A DNA stretch of 64,000 nt, from IMG/VR virus record IMGVR_UViG_3300046820_002883. One strand, written 5' to 3'. The translations under genes were made by a program, and so were the position numbers. A model generated the notes under the pieces. That model saw only the letters and a program-made list of their open reading frames with translations. It was not told the DNA's origin and made no database searches. The stretch comes from an uncultured virus (IMG/VR IMGVR_UViG_3300046820_002883) (lineage: Duplodnaviria; Heunggongvirae; Uroviricota; Caudoviricetes). Shown in pieces: positions 46,697-56,362 of the stretch. Position 1 is the stretch's first letter; each line of letters starts with the position of its first letter.

Positions 46697-47149
46697 TTAT
46701 ATGTTAATAATTATAAAATCCGACGAAACAAATGGTTCGTTATTAATGTCGTAGTCAATTCTAACTTTAGCCGTATATGGTTTAGTTGAATCACTTGAAA
46801 CTCTAAACAATCTTGAATCCTCTTCTTCTTTTACACTCATCGGTTCTTCAGGGTCTTGACTCGCGTCGGTAACTCTGATTTCTTTTATTTCTAAATTTGG
46901 TATGTATTTTTTTACAGCAGTTCTAATTTCATCCTCGATTTGACCAAATGTAATGTTATCATTAGGTTCAAAAATGTATTCGTATAACCTTGTTCCAAAA
47001 TCAGGTAAATAATATCGTGAACCCTTTCTTGTTAATATAAGATGTATCAAATTTGCACGAACCTCTCTTTCGGGGGTTTCCGTCATTACCAAAAAATCAC
47101 CTTTCGGACTGATTCTAAATGGAAAATCTATACCATACGTTACTGCCAT
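46697..47149 (-). CDS. Baseplate protein gp25 / sheath initiator (GPW/gp25 family)
   Basis: GIDFPF, NLIHLILTRKGSRYYLPDFGTRLYEYIFEP; start placed at ATG 47149 after TATTTAT motif. Confidence 0.92.
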   Translation of the reverse strand: MAVTYGIDFPFRISPKGDFLVMTETPEREVRANLIHLILTRKGSRYYLPDFGTRLYEYIFEPNDNITFGQIEDEIRTAVKKYIPNLEIKEIRVTDASQDPEEPMSVKEEEDSRLFRVSSDSTKPYTAKVRIDYDINNEPFVSSDFIIINI

Positions 47150-47189
47150 ACCTATAAATATAAACAAAGATGAATTACTAATAAATAAG

Positions 47190-47212
47190 AAAAATCGGAA
47201 ATACCGATTTTT
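47190..47212. terminator. Short hairpin, probable terminator after the GNAT gene
   Basis: AAAAATCGG-aaata-CCGATTTTT inverted repeat. Confidence 0.6.
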
Positions 47213-47543
47213 AAAGTGTTTTTATTAATTCTTTAATTCTGTTTAGTTCTTCATTTAAATCCACATCTTTATGTATAAATTTAGAACCTAAATCAGTTTT
47301 TAATGATGGTCTGTAAGTTGATTCAGGGTGTAGTTCTTTCATTTTTTTGATTAACATTGAACCAAATCCCTCTCTTCTTCTATTTGGTCTAACCAGAATA
47401 TCACTAACGGTAATTTCGTTATCAAAAATTACAAAACTAACATACCCAACTATTTCGTCGTCTTCGTAAACTCCGAGTTCATAATTGTTTTGACCATCGT
47501 AATAGTCTAAATGTTCTTCTTCAAACCTTATTTTTCCCATCAT
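47211..47543 (-). CDS. GNAT-family acetyltransferase with C-terminal LNEELNRIKELI tail
   Basis: IVGYVSF, ILVRPNRRREGFGSMLI (acetyl-CoA-binding motif A), TDLGSKF. Confidence 0.85.
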   Translation of the reverse strand: MMGKIRFEEEHLDYYDGQNNYELGVYEDDEIVGYVSFVIFDNEITVSDILVRPNRRREGFGSMLIKKMKELHPESTYRPSLKTDLGSKFIHKDVDLNEELNRIKELIKTL

Positions 47544-47557
47544 TAATAAATATGCAT

Positions 47558-47585
47558 AAAAAAAATCCCGACATATGCCGGGATT
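47558..47585 (-). terminator. Rho-independent terminator downstream of nrdA
   Basis: AAUCCCGGC-AUAU-GUCGGGAUU followed by U-run on the - strand. Confidence 0.88.
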
Positions 47586-47592
47586 GTATTGT

Positions 47593-47670
47593 GTTTAATT
47601 TTCGCCCCCTGTATAATTAAACTAAGTAGATGCTTGAGGTCGGCCTCGAACCATTAAGGGAGCCACCCAC
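47593..47670 (-). ncRNA. Candidate structured (pseudoknotted) RNA in the nrdA 3' UTR
   Basis: Stems GUGGGUG/CAUCUAC, GAGG/CCUC, GUUUAAUU/AAUUAAAC and loop-loop pairing GCUCCCU/AGGGGGC; G-U wobbles only on the - strand. Confidence 0.5.
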
Positions 47671-47672
47671 GA

Positions 47673-50108
47673 TTATGAACCACAACCCTCACATTCAAAT
47701 GGAGAATCTGTTGGTTTTGACGATAACGCCATTTCTACCAATTTCTCTTCCTCTTGATTAACGTTTTGGGTATATGTAGGGTTTACTACTTCTTGTGATT
47801 CGTTTGTGGGTTTAGATGCGGACATATCAATTCCTAATCCTTTTATTGGGTCCACCGCTGACCTTGTTCTTAGATAGTACATACCGGTTTTTAACCCGAG
47901 TTTCCATCCATAGATGTGTGCCGCAAGTACTTTCGTTTTATTTGCATTATCAATGAACAAATTCAATGATTGGGATTGGTCAATATAAATTGACCTATTC
48001 GCAGCCATGGTTAAGATTCTTTTTTGTGACATCTCCCAAACTGTTTTGTAAACTTCTTTTACTTCCACAGGAATTTCAGGGATGTTTTGAACTGAACCGT
48101 TCTCCATGATTAATTTTTTCTTTAACTCATCCGACCATAAACCTCTTTCAAGTAATTCATTTACCAAGTGTTTATTGATAACAATAAATTCACCTCCTAA
48201 TGTTCTTCTTGAGTAAAGATTTGATGTGAATGGTTCAAATGCTTCGTTGTTACCAAGAATCTGTGCAGTGGATGCTGTTGGCATTGGTGCCACTAATAAT
48301 GAGTTTCTAACACCATGTTTAACAACCTCTTTTCTTAATGATTTCCAATCCCATCTTCCACTTGTGTCCTTATCGGTTTTACCCCATAATTCATATTGGA
48401 ATTTACCTTCTGACAATGGAGAACCTTCAAATGAAGAATACGCCCCATGTTCAATTGCCAAATCTTTTGATGATGTTAATGCTGCAAAATAGATTGTTTC
48501 AAAAATTTCAGTTTGTAGTCTATCTGCCTCTTCACTTTCAAATGGTAATTTAACCATACAAAATACATCCGCCAAACCTTGGACTCCTAACCCAACTGGT
48601 CTATGTTTCATGTTTGAACGTTTTGTTTCCTCAGTTGGATAAAAGTTCAAATCAATAACGTTGTTTAGGTTCTTAACTACTTGGTATACGTATTCGTAAA
48701 GTAACGCATGACTAAATTCGCCGTCAAGAATATATTTTGGTAATGCAATCGATGCTAAGTTACAAACCGCTTGTTCATCGGGACTTGAATACTCAATAAT
48801 CTCCGTACATAGGTTTGAAGATTTAATTGTACCTAAGTTCTTTTGGTTTGATTTGTAATTCGCAGCATCCTTATACAACATATATGGAGTGCCTGTTTCA
48901 ATCTGTGAAGTTAAAATCGCATCCATCAACTTTCTTGCTTTCACAACTTTTCTTGCTCGACCTTCTTTCTCGTATCTTTCGTACAATTCAGTAAATCCTT
49001 GAGTGAATGAATATGGGTCATCGTAAGCATCGGATAAACCCGGTGCCTCGTCAGGGGAAAATAATGACCAATCACCATCTTCCTCAACTCGTTTCATGAA
49101 TAGACTTGGTGTCCACATTGCTAAGAATAAATCTCTCGCTCTCATTTCTTCTTTACCGTGATTTTTTCTTAAATCGATAAATTCAAAAACATCGGCGTGC
49201 CATGGTTCAAGATATATTGCGAAGGAACCTTTTCTTTTTCCTCCTTGGTTAATCCAACGAGCAACTTCATTATAAGTTTTCATCATCGGTAAAAGACCGT
49301 CGGATTCTCCACCTGTTCCTTTAATATAAGAACCTTTCGCTCTTACATCATGAACATGAAGACCGATACCTCCAGCCCATTTAGAGATTTTAGCAACGTC
49401 TTTGATTGTGTCAAACAAACCATCGATGTCATCTCCTTTATTACCAATTAAAAAACATGAAGACATTTGTGGTCTACGTGTACCTGCATTGAATAATGTT
49501 GGTGTTGCATGTGTATAGAAGTGTTGAGACAGGTCATCATAAATTCTTAATGCCATATCCAAATCTCCATTACAGATACCCACCGCAACTCTCATGTACA
49601 TATACTGAGGTCTCTCAACAATACGTTTACCAATCTTTAAAAGATATGAACGTTCTAATGTTTTAAAACCAAAGTAATCGAAATCCAAATCTCTTTCTTG
49701 TCTAATTGCACCATCCAAAACTTCTCTGTTTTGGACCACGAATTGGTAGACTTCATCTGCAATTAATGAAGACTCAACTCCCGTTTTTGGTTCGTTAAAA
49801 GAGTATAACTCTTTAATACATTGAGAGAATTTTTTAGGTGTGGTCTTATGTAAATTAGACACGGCCAATCTACCGGCCAATTTTGCGTAGTCAGAATGTG
49901 ATGTTACCAACGATGCCGCAGTTTCTGCCGCAAGTGTGTCTAATTCGGACGTTGAAATACCGTCATAGATACCCTGTGTTACCTTTAAAGTAACTAATGT
50001 TGGGTCAATGTATTCTAAGTTTAAATCATCACAGAAGTGTTGAATTCTTCGTGTGATTTTGTCATATCTCATTTCTTCTAATGAGCCGTCTCTTTTTCTT
50101 ACTTTCAT
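47673..50108 (-). CDS. nrdA: Class Ia ribonucleoside-diphosphate reductase alpha subunit with ATP cone
   Basis: VRKRDG ATP cone, ATPTLFNAG, SSCFL, SNLCTEI, APMPTASTAQ, KTGMYYLR, C-terminal CEGC. Confidence 0.98.
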   Translation of the reverse strand: MKVRKRDGSLEEMRYDKITRRIQHFCDDLNLEYIDPTLVTLKVTQGIYDGISTSELDTLAAETAASLVTSHSDYAKLAGRLAVSNLHKTTPKKFSQCIKELYSFNEPKTGVESSLIADEVYQFVVQNREVLDGAIRQERDLDFDYFGFKTLERSYLLKIGKRIVERPQYMYMRVAVGICNGDLDMALRIYDDLSQHFYTHATPTLFNAGTRRPQMSSCFLIGNKGDDIDGLFDTIKDVAKISKWAGGIGLHVHDVRAKGSYIKGTGGESDGLLPMMKTYNEVARWINQGGKRKGSFAIYLEPWHADVFEFIDLRKNHGKEEMRARDLFLAMWTPSLFMKRVEEDGDWSLFSPDEAPGLSDAYDDPYSFTQGFTELYERYEKEGRARKVVKARKLMDAILTSQIETGTPYMLYKDAANYKSNQKNLGTIKSSNLCTEIIEYSSPDEQAVCNLASIALPKYILDGEFSHALLYEYVYQVVKNLNNVIDLNFYPTEETKRSNMKHRPVGLGVQGLADVFCMVKLPFESEEADRLQTEIFETIYFAALTSSKDLAIEHGAYSSFEGSPLSEGKFQYELWGKTDKDTSGRWDWKSLRKEVVKHGVRNSLLVAPMPTASTAQILGNNEAFEPFTSNLYSRRTLGGEFIVINKHLVNELLERGLWSDELKKKLIMENGSVQNIPEIPVEVKEVYKTVWEMSQKRILTMAANRSIYIDQSQSLNLFIDNANKTKVLAAHIYGWKLGLKTGMYYLRTRSAVDPIKGLGIDMSASKPTNESQEVVNPTYTQNVNQEEEKLVEMALSSKPTDSPFECEGCGS

Positions 50109-50117
50109 GTCTTAAAT

Positions 50118-51095
50118 TTAAAAATCAATGTCATCAAATGATGTATCCATATCTTCAATGGATGTTGTGTTGTTTACCCCCGCTTTTTGATATTCAGCCA
50201 CACGTTTTTCAAAGAAATTAGTTTTTCCTTGTAAAGCAATGTTTTGCATGAAATCAAATGGGTTTTCTGAATTGTATACTTTAGAACAACCTAAAGAATC
50301 TAATAATCTGTCAGTAACAAATTCAAGATACTGTGACATTAAATCTGAATTCATACCAATTAAACGAACCGGTAATGCTTCGAGAATAAATTCTTTCTCA
50401 ATCTCTAATGCTCCACAGATAATTTCTTTAATTTTCTTTTCACTAACTTTCTTTTGGATGTGGTTATTATGAAGATGACATGCAAAGTCACAATGCATTC
50501 CCTCATCACGAGAAATTAGTTCATTTGAAAATGTTAATCCTGGCATTAATCCACGTTTCTTCAACCAAAAGATTGAACAAAATGAACCTGAAAAGAAAAT
50601 ACCCTCAACCGCAGCAAACGCGATTAATCTTTCAACAAATGAACCTGATTCAATCCATTTTAACGCCCACTCTGCCTTCTTTTTAATTGCCGGTACAGTT
50701 TCAATTGCATTGAATAATTTGTTTTGTTCTTGTTTGTCTTTGATGTATGTGTCAATCAACAACGAATATGTTTCACTGTGAATGTTTTCCATCATAATCT
50801 GAAAACCATAGAACATCTTCGCTTCAGTATATTGTACCTCGTTAACAAAGTTTAACGCGATGTTTTCGTTTACAATACCGTCAGACGCAGCAAAGAACGC
50901 CAATACGTGTTTTACAAAATGTTGTTCGTCGTCATTTAGTTTGTGTTCCCAATCGTGAATATCCTGTGCTAAATCAATTTCTTCGGCGGTCCAAAAGCAC
51001 GCTTCTTGTTGTTTGTAAAGTTTCCAAATGTCATTATGTTCGATTGGAAATAAGACAAAACGGCCGGAATTTTCTTGTAAAATCTTCTCTGTCAT
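50118..51095 (-). CDS. nrdB: Class Ia ribonucleotide reductase beta subunit
   Basis: [56 protein letters not shown]. Confidence 0.98.
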   Translation of the reverse strand: MTEKILQENSGRFVLFPIEHNDIWKLYKQQEACFWTAEEIDLAQDIHDWEHKLNDDEQHFVKHVLAFFAASDGIVNENIALNFVNEVQYTEAKMFYGFQIMMENIHSETYSLLIDTYIKDKQEQNKLFNAIETVPAIKKKAEWALKWIESGSFVERLIAFAAVEGIFFSGSFCSIFWLKKRGLMPGLTFSNELISRDEGMHCDFACHLHNNHIQKKVSEKKIKEIICGALEIEKEFILEALPVRLIGMNSDLMSQYLEFVTDRLLDSLGCSKVYNSENPFDFMQNIALQGKTNFFEKRVAEYQKAGVNNTTSIEDMDTSFDDIDF

Positions 51096-51107
51096 GTTTG
51101 TAATAAA

Positions 51108-52484
51108 TTAGTTACGGTTTAAAATTTCTTGTTTTCTTTTGAAAGCTTCAGCTGCTCTCGTTGTGTTGGATTTTACTCTTTCTTCTTGGTGTCCGAGTAA
51201 AGTTGTTTGTGATTCAGTATCAATTACCAAGAATTTGTTGTCAAATTTACAATTCGACCAAATGATACCATCCGCCCCAATTCTTGATTTCAATAAAGTC
51301 ATTGTTGCAAGATTGTGCTCTTTTTGTTCTAAAGTTTTACCAACCGATAAAACTACGTGACCAATTTGTGCTTTCTTAATTGAACCGCCCATTTGGTCTG
51401 TGGTAACGACTTCAGATGAAATAGATTCTCTATTACCTTGAGTTGCCGTCCAAATTGCAATATCAAATTCACTTGTCATTGCTTCAAGGTTTCTCATAAC
51501 GTTTCCTTCCCCTTTCCATTCTTCACCAAAGGTTGACCTTTCAGGAGAAATACAGTCAACATAGTCAATCACTAATAAATCAATCCTTTTACCATCAGAA
51601 ATGTGTTTTCTGATTCTTGATTTGATTTCAGAAATAGTAACCGAATCACTTGGTAATTTTACAATACTAAGTGAACCCTCACTTCTTGACTGCATTTCCT
51701 CAACCATTTGTTTAACCTCATCTTTATTGTTTGGTTGTTCGTCAGGTTCAATACCTGACCAAATGGTATAGTGTTTTCTTTTAATATTTGAAGGATTATC
51801 CTCAAAGAAAATTTGTAACACGTGGAAATCGTGATTAAATGCTGTGTTACAGAATAAAGTTAACAAAGTTGTTTTACCAGTACCTGTTGGTGCTAATACT
51901 ACTCCAAGTTCACCTCTTCCTAACCCACCTTTTAATGCGGAATCTAAACCGTTTATACCCGTTGGAATTGGGTGTCTGTTGTCTTTTTCAAGTGCAGCAT
52001 CGATATCGTGAAATACGTCCATAGACTCTTCAGGTGGAATACCAACCTGCATTGCCTTTTGAATAATACCTTCAATTGTGTGGTACGATTGGAACGCTCC
52101 TTTATCGATGATTTCTTGAACTTTTTTAAGTTCTTTTTTTAGATTCTGTTGTTTACAGAAATTAAGTGCTTCATCTTTTACTAAAGATGAGTCGGTTGTG
52201 TTATCTTTAATGTTCTCAATTGTGTCAAGGTGAATTCTTGCACTTTCTTGAGAACCCAATTCAAGAATGATTTTTTGTGACAGACTATCGTAATTTGGAA
52301 TCTTGTTGTACTTCATATAGAACTCCTTAATGTTCTCTGTGATGAACTTAAAAGAGTTGTTATCAAAGTATTTGCTTTCAATAACGTCAATAATAGTTTC
52401 CCCGTATTTCTTGTCCTCGATAATTGACTTTATTAATGATTGTTGGAACGATGTTCCTAAAAATCCAAAATTCTTTTCTGTCAT
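51108..52484 (-). CDS. dnaB: DnaB-like (T4 gp41-type) replicative helicase
   Basis: IPTGINGLD, Walker A APTGTGKTT, LLVIDYVD, WTATQGNR, LKSRIG. Confidence 0.93.
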   Translation of the reverse strand: MTEKNFGFLGTSFQQSLIKSIIEDKKYGETIIDVIESKYFDNNSFKFITENIKEFYMKYNKIPNYDSLSQKIILELGSQESARIHLDTIENIKDNTTDSSLVKDEALNFCKQQNLKKELKKVQEIIDKGAFQSYHTIEGIIQKAMQVGIPPEESMDVFHDIDAALEKDNRHPIPTGINGLDSALKGGLGRGELGVVLAPTGTGKTTLLTLFCNTAFNHDFHVLQIFFEDNPSNIKRKHYTIWSGIEPDEQPNNKDEVKQMVEEMQSRSEGSLSIVKLPSDSVTISEIKSRIRKHISDGKRIDLLVIDYVDCISPERSTFGEEWKGEGNVMRNLEAMTSEFDIAIWTATQGNRESISSEVVTTDQMGGSIKKAQIGHVVLSVGKTLEQKEHNLATMTLLKSRIGADGIIWSNCKFDNKFLVIDTESQTTLLGHQEERVKSNTTRAAEAFKRKQEILNRN

Positions 52485-52499
52485 AATTTTTTTTTGTTT

Positions 52500-52943
52500 T
52501 TATAATTGATAGTTTAAATATGTTGTTTCCAATTCTTCAGATGATAAAATGTCAGTCAATTCTGACAGGTATCTCTTTAAATGTGGACGAATGTCGACCG
52601 TGTACCTTACCTTTGGGTGGAAGATACTTGCGTCAAACATCCTTTGAATAAATACATCATCACCCATCTTAATTACCAACAAAAAGTTTTCTTTTTGTTC
52701 GTCATCTTTACTTTCTGCAGGTGATAAACCGAAGAAATATTCACGATTCTCATGTAAATAATCCAATGTTTTTGTTTTTAAATCTTCACTAATTTCTTCA
52801 CAAATATTTTGAATATAGTAGTGTAAATCTAGTGAACGTCTAGCTTGTGAATTATGCTCTCTTACGTTAAAAAAACGTTGGCAAATAATGTTTCCTTCAA
52901 GTGTCAAAAGGAATTCGAATTTAGTTACATCTTGATTACTCAT
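52500..52943 (-). CDS. Hypothetical phage protein
   Basis: 147-aa ORF in the replication operon. Confidence 0.75.
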   Translation of the reverse strand: MSNQDVTKFEFLLTLEGNIICQRFFNVREHNSQARRSLDLHYYIQNICEEISEDLKTKTLDYLHENREYFFGLSPAESKDDEQKENFLLVIKMGDDVFIQRMFDASIFHPKVRYTVDIRPHLKRYLSELTDILSSEELETTYLNYQL

Positions 52944-53011
52944 TTGTTTTAATTTTTATTATTTTTTTATTTTTTTCTTTTCTTGTTAGTCTTAGAAATG
53001 GATTTAAAAAG

Positions 53012-53941
53012 TTAATCCGATTTTGGTAAAAGAAGAAAAATCCCATCCTCCATCATCATCTTCATAGTATTCTTATATGAACGACCTTCCGGGTCCATTA
53101 CGTCAGTCATAAGAGACTTTATTGATTCTACCGCCTCTTCGGTTAGAAATGGTTCATCGAGACTCACAATTCGTTTATTTACGTTGTAAAACTCTTCTCC
53201 CAATACTCCGTGTTTTGTAACTCCGGTCATTAGATTCTTTATTAGGTTATTATGACCATCCTGTTCAAATAGAATGTTGAATTTTTCTAATAAGTCCTCT
53301 ATTGTTAGTGGTTCAGTTTTAATTTCAGGTACAAGGGCAATTAATCTCCTAACACCTAAATTTTTAATACCGGCAATGTTGTCTGAAGGGTCACCACACA
53401 TAATCTTTACGAGTTTAATATTTTGAATTAATATTTCTTCGTGGTCGTAAACGAACTTATCGTTCAATTGATAAATTCTATTGTGTGATGGGTTTAATAA
53501 ATGTGTTTTCTCAGAAACAAGTTGGGTTAAATCTCCATCCGATGAATAGATTAAAATCTCTTCGTTAGAATGTTGAGTGTAGTAAGCAATACAGTCATCT
53601 GTTTCACAAAATTCAAACTCTCCTTGTCTAACAAATAATTCTTCAAGATATTGTTTAACCCTGTTTCTTTGATTTGTGTAGGAACCCATTTCTTCTTCGG
53701 TCCTAATTCTACTTTTTCTATTTTCTTTATAGTGGTGATAGAATTTTTTCCTTGACGCAGAACCTTGTTCTCCGTCCCAAAAAACTACGATTTTGTCTAA
53801 TCGGTGATTGTCAATTAATCTTCTAAGTGTATTGATGAAATGATATAACCCTCCTATATGTTCTCCTTTATAGAAGTAGTTTTTCATTCCATAAAAACCA
53901 ATAGTTAATAAATTATCACCGTCAACAAGTAAAATGGGCAT
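53012..53941 (-). CDS. 5'-3' exonuclease / flap endonuclease (T4 RNase H-like); C-terminus apparently frameshifted
   Basis: LLVDGDNL, VFWDG, YKENR, ETDDCIA, SSDGDLTQL, GDPSDNIAGIKNLG. Confidence 0.93.
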   Translation of the reverse strand: MPILLVDGDNLLTIGFYGMKNYFYKGEHIGGLYHFINTLRRLIDNHRLDKIVVFWDGEQGSASRKKFYHHYKENRKSRIRTEEEMGSYTNQRNRVKQYLEELFVRQGEFEFCETDDCIAYYTQHSNEEILIYSSDGDLTQLVSEKTHLLNPSHNRIYQLNDKFVYDHEEILIQNIKLVKIMCGDPSDNIAGIKNLGVRRLIALVPEIKTEPLTIEDLLEKFNILFEQDGHNNLIKNLMTGVTKHGVLGEEFYNVNKRIVSLDEPFLTEEAVESIKSLMTDVMDPEGRSYKNTMKMMMEDGIFLLLPKSD

Positions 53942-53956
53942 TAGTCTTTTATTTTA

Positions 53957-54940
53957 TTATTCTTCAATATAGTTGTCAATTTCCTCTTCCAATACAATTT
54001 CACCTGTTCCCGAAAGAATAGCGTTCCAATATTGTGAATAATCTTTTTTGTACACTTCCAATGCCTCTTTAGTGTCATCAATGTAACCTTGTGGTACCGC
54101 AATTATTTTACCATCTTTAAATTGAATACCATTTACGTGGTTCTTCAAAATTGAGATTTTTGTTCTGATTGCGTAAGATACGGTTCTTCCGTTTTTAGTT
54201 GCAGTGATATGATTGATTCCCGCTTTCTTTTGGTTACCAAATAAGAAAACCAATGAAGACGCTAACCACAATGCTTCACCACCTTTTGCTTTAATCTCAG
54301 GTTGACCGAATGGATTATCAGGTAAATCTACCCATGGTTGATTAATAACCACCATTGTGTTGTAGTATGGATAATCTTCTTTTTTAGATTTAGAAATTCG
54401 TGAATGGATGCCCATACCGATTTTATCTGCCAAAGTCGATGCGTTATGCATTTTACCACCTTTACCTTCAAATGTCATTTTACAAGGGATTGAACCCACA
54501 CTATCCCAAAGGAATAATAATGAATGAGGAATCTCTCCTTTTTCTTGTGCATCTAAGATGTCGTTAATAAAATCAGTTGCCTGTTCGATGTAATCAAAAC
54601 TGTCGTTGAAAATGAAGTCTCCCTCCCATTCACCGTCAGAATTTTTTGTTGCCTGTAATCCTAACTCAACCGCATGTTCCCAATTCCATTTTTTCTCTGT
54701 AATAATGAATACCGGAATATGTCCTTTCTTTTGAGCATCCGCCGCAGCTAAGATTAATGCCGTAGTTTTTGATGAGTTACTATGTCCTAAAAACATACTA
54801 ATCCCACCCATCACAGGACCCGGTAAACCGCAAGCTCTTAAAAACGAATCTCCACAGAAGTAGAAATTGGTTTCTTTATATTTTGTTTTCGTGGAGAACT
54901 TCTCTTTGAAGTTGAACTCCTTCTTTGCTATTTTTGCCAT
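53957..54940 (-). CDS. uvsX: RecA/UvsX-like recombinase
   Basis: P-loop GHSNSSKTT, FLWDSVGS (Walker B), VVINQ, KGGEAL, KNHV. Confidence 0.88.
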   Translation of the reverse strand: MAKIAKKEFNFKEKFSTKTKYKETNFYFCGDSFLRACGLPGPVMGGISMFLGHSNSSKTTALILAAADAQKKGHIPVFIITEKKWNWEHAVELGLQATKNSDGEWEGDFIFNDSFDYIEQATDFINDILDAQEKGEIPHSLLFLWDSVGSIPCKMTFEGKGGKMHNASTLADKIGMGIHSRISKSKKEDYPYYNTMVVINQPWVDLPDNPFGQPEIKAKGGEALWLASSLVFLFGNQKKAGINHITATKNGRTVSYAIRTKISILKNHVNGIQFKDGKIIAVPQGYIDDTKEALEVYKKDYSQYWNAILSGTGEIVLEEEIDNYIEE

Positions 54941-54970
54941 TGTCTATGTTGTAGTGTTTTTTTTTGAAAA

Positions 54971-55015
54971 AAAATATGAGCATGGACATATTGTCCAAGT
55001 AAATGTCCATGCTCA
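54971..55015 (-). terminator. Long hairpin (13-bp stem) between SSB and RecA genes, followed by U-run
   Basis: TGAGCATGGACAT-N13-ATGTCCATGCTCA (54977-55015). Confidence 0.7.
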
Positions 55016-55021
55016 ATTAAA

Positions 55022-55882
55022 TTAGAATGGTAAATCGTCTTCTCCCTCAGTGTCTTCTTGTGGGTCGTAAACAGGTGCTTTCGCTTCTGATTTAGACGGT
55101 GATGATGGTGAACCAATTACGGTTTCTTCTGATGAATTTGATACCCATTTTTTAGTTTCAGAATCCCATCTTGGGACTTCTCCTTTTGCTACCATCTCAA
55201 GATAGTCTTCGGATTTTTTAGAATAAACGTCTGACCAAGTCAATTCGTCATTAATCCAAGAATTTACGATTTCTGAATCTGTATGTAGTGGTGATGCGTC
55301 TTCAGGGATGATTGAAGTGATTGCTGTGTAATCTTTACCGTTACCAGCTTTAGTAAGACCGAGAGTGATAATTAAATCACGTCCTTTTTGAGGGTCGGTG
55401 ATGTCACCTTTGTTTTTGAATAATGGGAAGATTTTATCTAATACACCTTCACTTTTAGTGTTGTGTTTAAATCTCCAAAATTTAACTCCGTCTTGTTCGT
55501 TTTCTCTGTCGATAACTTTAACGACATAAAATTTACGTGCTCTATAACTACGAGCAAGTACTTTATCTGCTTCCAATCCGGTCATCATTAACCCTTCATA
55601 AACTTCGTTTAATGGGGAACGTTTACCTTCTTGTTTTGGGTCATAAAGTTTTACCCAATTTCCGTCTACTTGTACTTCATGGAAGTAAACTTCAACGAAT
55701 GGTGAACTACCGTCTGAGGTTGGTAGGATTCGGATACGTTTTTCACCACTTCTTGCACCTTTCGGTAACAATGTAGTAAAATACTTTTTTAATCTGTCTT
55801 CTTGAGACACCTTGTTTGAGTTGCCGCCCGCGGCTTGTTTGTTTTTCTCGTACTGAGCCAGTACTGCTTCGAATGATGACAT
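55022..55882 (-). CDS. T4 gp32-like single-stranded DNA-binding protein
   Basis: RIRILP, PFVEVYFH, FYVVKVIDR, DITDPQKGRDL, acidic tail ending EDDLPF. Confidence 0.9.
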   Translation of the reverse strand: MSSFEAVLAQYEKNKQAAGGNSNKVSQEDRLKKYFTTLLPKGARSGEKRIRILPTSDGSSPFVEVYFHEVQVDGNWVKLYDPKQEGKRSPLNEVYEGLMMTGLEADKVLARSYRARKFYVVKVIDRENEQDGVKFWRFKHNTKSEGVLDKIFPLFKNKGDITDPQKGRDLIITLGLTKAGNGKDYTAITSIIPEDASPLHTDSEIVNSWINDELTWSDVYSKKSEDYLEMVAKGEVPRWDSETKKWVSNSSEETVIGSPSSPSKSEAKAPVYDPQEDTEGEDDLPF

Positions 55883-55930
55883 AAAATTTAAATTTAAGTG
55901 TTAAAAAATGTTTGTATGTAAAATATAGAC

Positions 55931-55958
55931 AAAAAAAGTCGAATTACCAAATCCGACT
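55931..55958 (-). terminator. Rho-independent terminator overlapping a promoter-like motif for the SSB gene
   Basis: AGUCGGAU-UUGGUA-AUUCGACU-UUUUUU; TTTG in the loop is 20 nt from TATATTTT. Confidence 0.75.
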
Positions 55959-55990
55959 CTCTTTTTTTTTTAAAATAGTTAAGAAGGAGT

Positions 55991-56362
55991 TTACTCCAAT
56001 GTTAAAAGATACTTTAATTTTTGGAATAAACCTAACATTTCGTCACGAATATTCAATAAATTTGTATCTACCGGGTCTAAATCATTTGTAAATTCAATAA
56101 AGGATTGACAAATTGTTTCCACCATTTCTACTGGTTTTACGTCAGTTAAGTTGAATAATTCGATTGTTTTGGTTTCTTCATCTAATGTGAATCTACCGTA
56201 TTTTCCCATCGCCTCTTCTACAAAACTATCCATCAAATTTTCCAAATCATCTCTAGTTTGTGCAAATGCATTATGTCTTGCGTATCCTTTGGTTTGCCAA
56301 TGGAATATTTTTAATTGTGCGTGTACACCTAATAATAGGTTAACTTTAGAATTTAAGGTCAT
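55991..56362 (-). CDS. Ferritin/Dps-like four-helix protein (DUF5856-like)
   Basis: QLKIFHWQTKGYARHNAF, DSFVEEAMGKYGR, LLNIRDEM..KYLLTL; start 56362 (track 56377). Confidence 0.85.
   Translation of the reverse strand: MTLNSKVNLLLGVHAQLKIFHWQTKGYARHNAFAQTRDDLENLMDSFVEEAMGKYGRFTLDEETKTIELFNLTDVKPVEMVETICQSFIEFTNDLDPVDTNLLNIRDEMLGLFQKLKYLLTLE

Noticed and set aside
47622..47675. Stop-codon read-through of nrdA stimulated by the downstream structure
   Set aside because: Would add only ~16 aa after the redox-active CEGCGS tail, and TAA is a poor read-through codon; no supporting evidence
47673..52484. Introns, inteins or homing endonucleases in nrdA, nrdB or helicase
   Set aside because: Proteins have normal lengths and contiguous motifs
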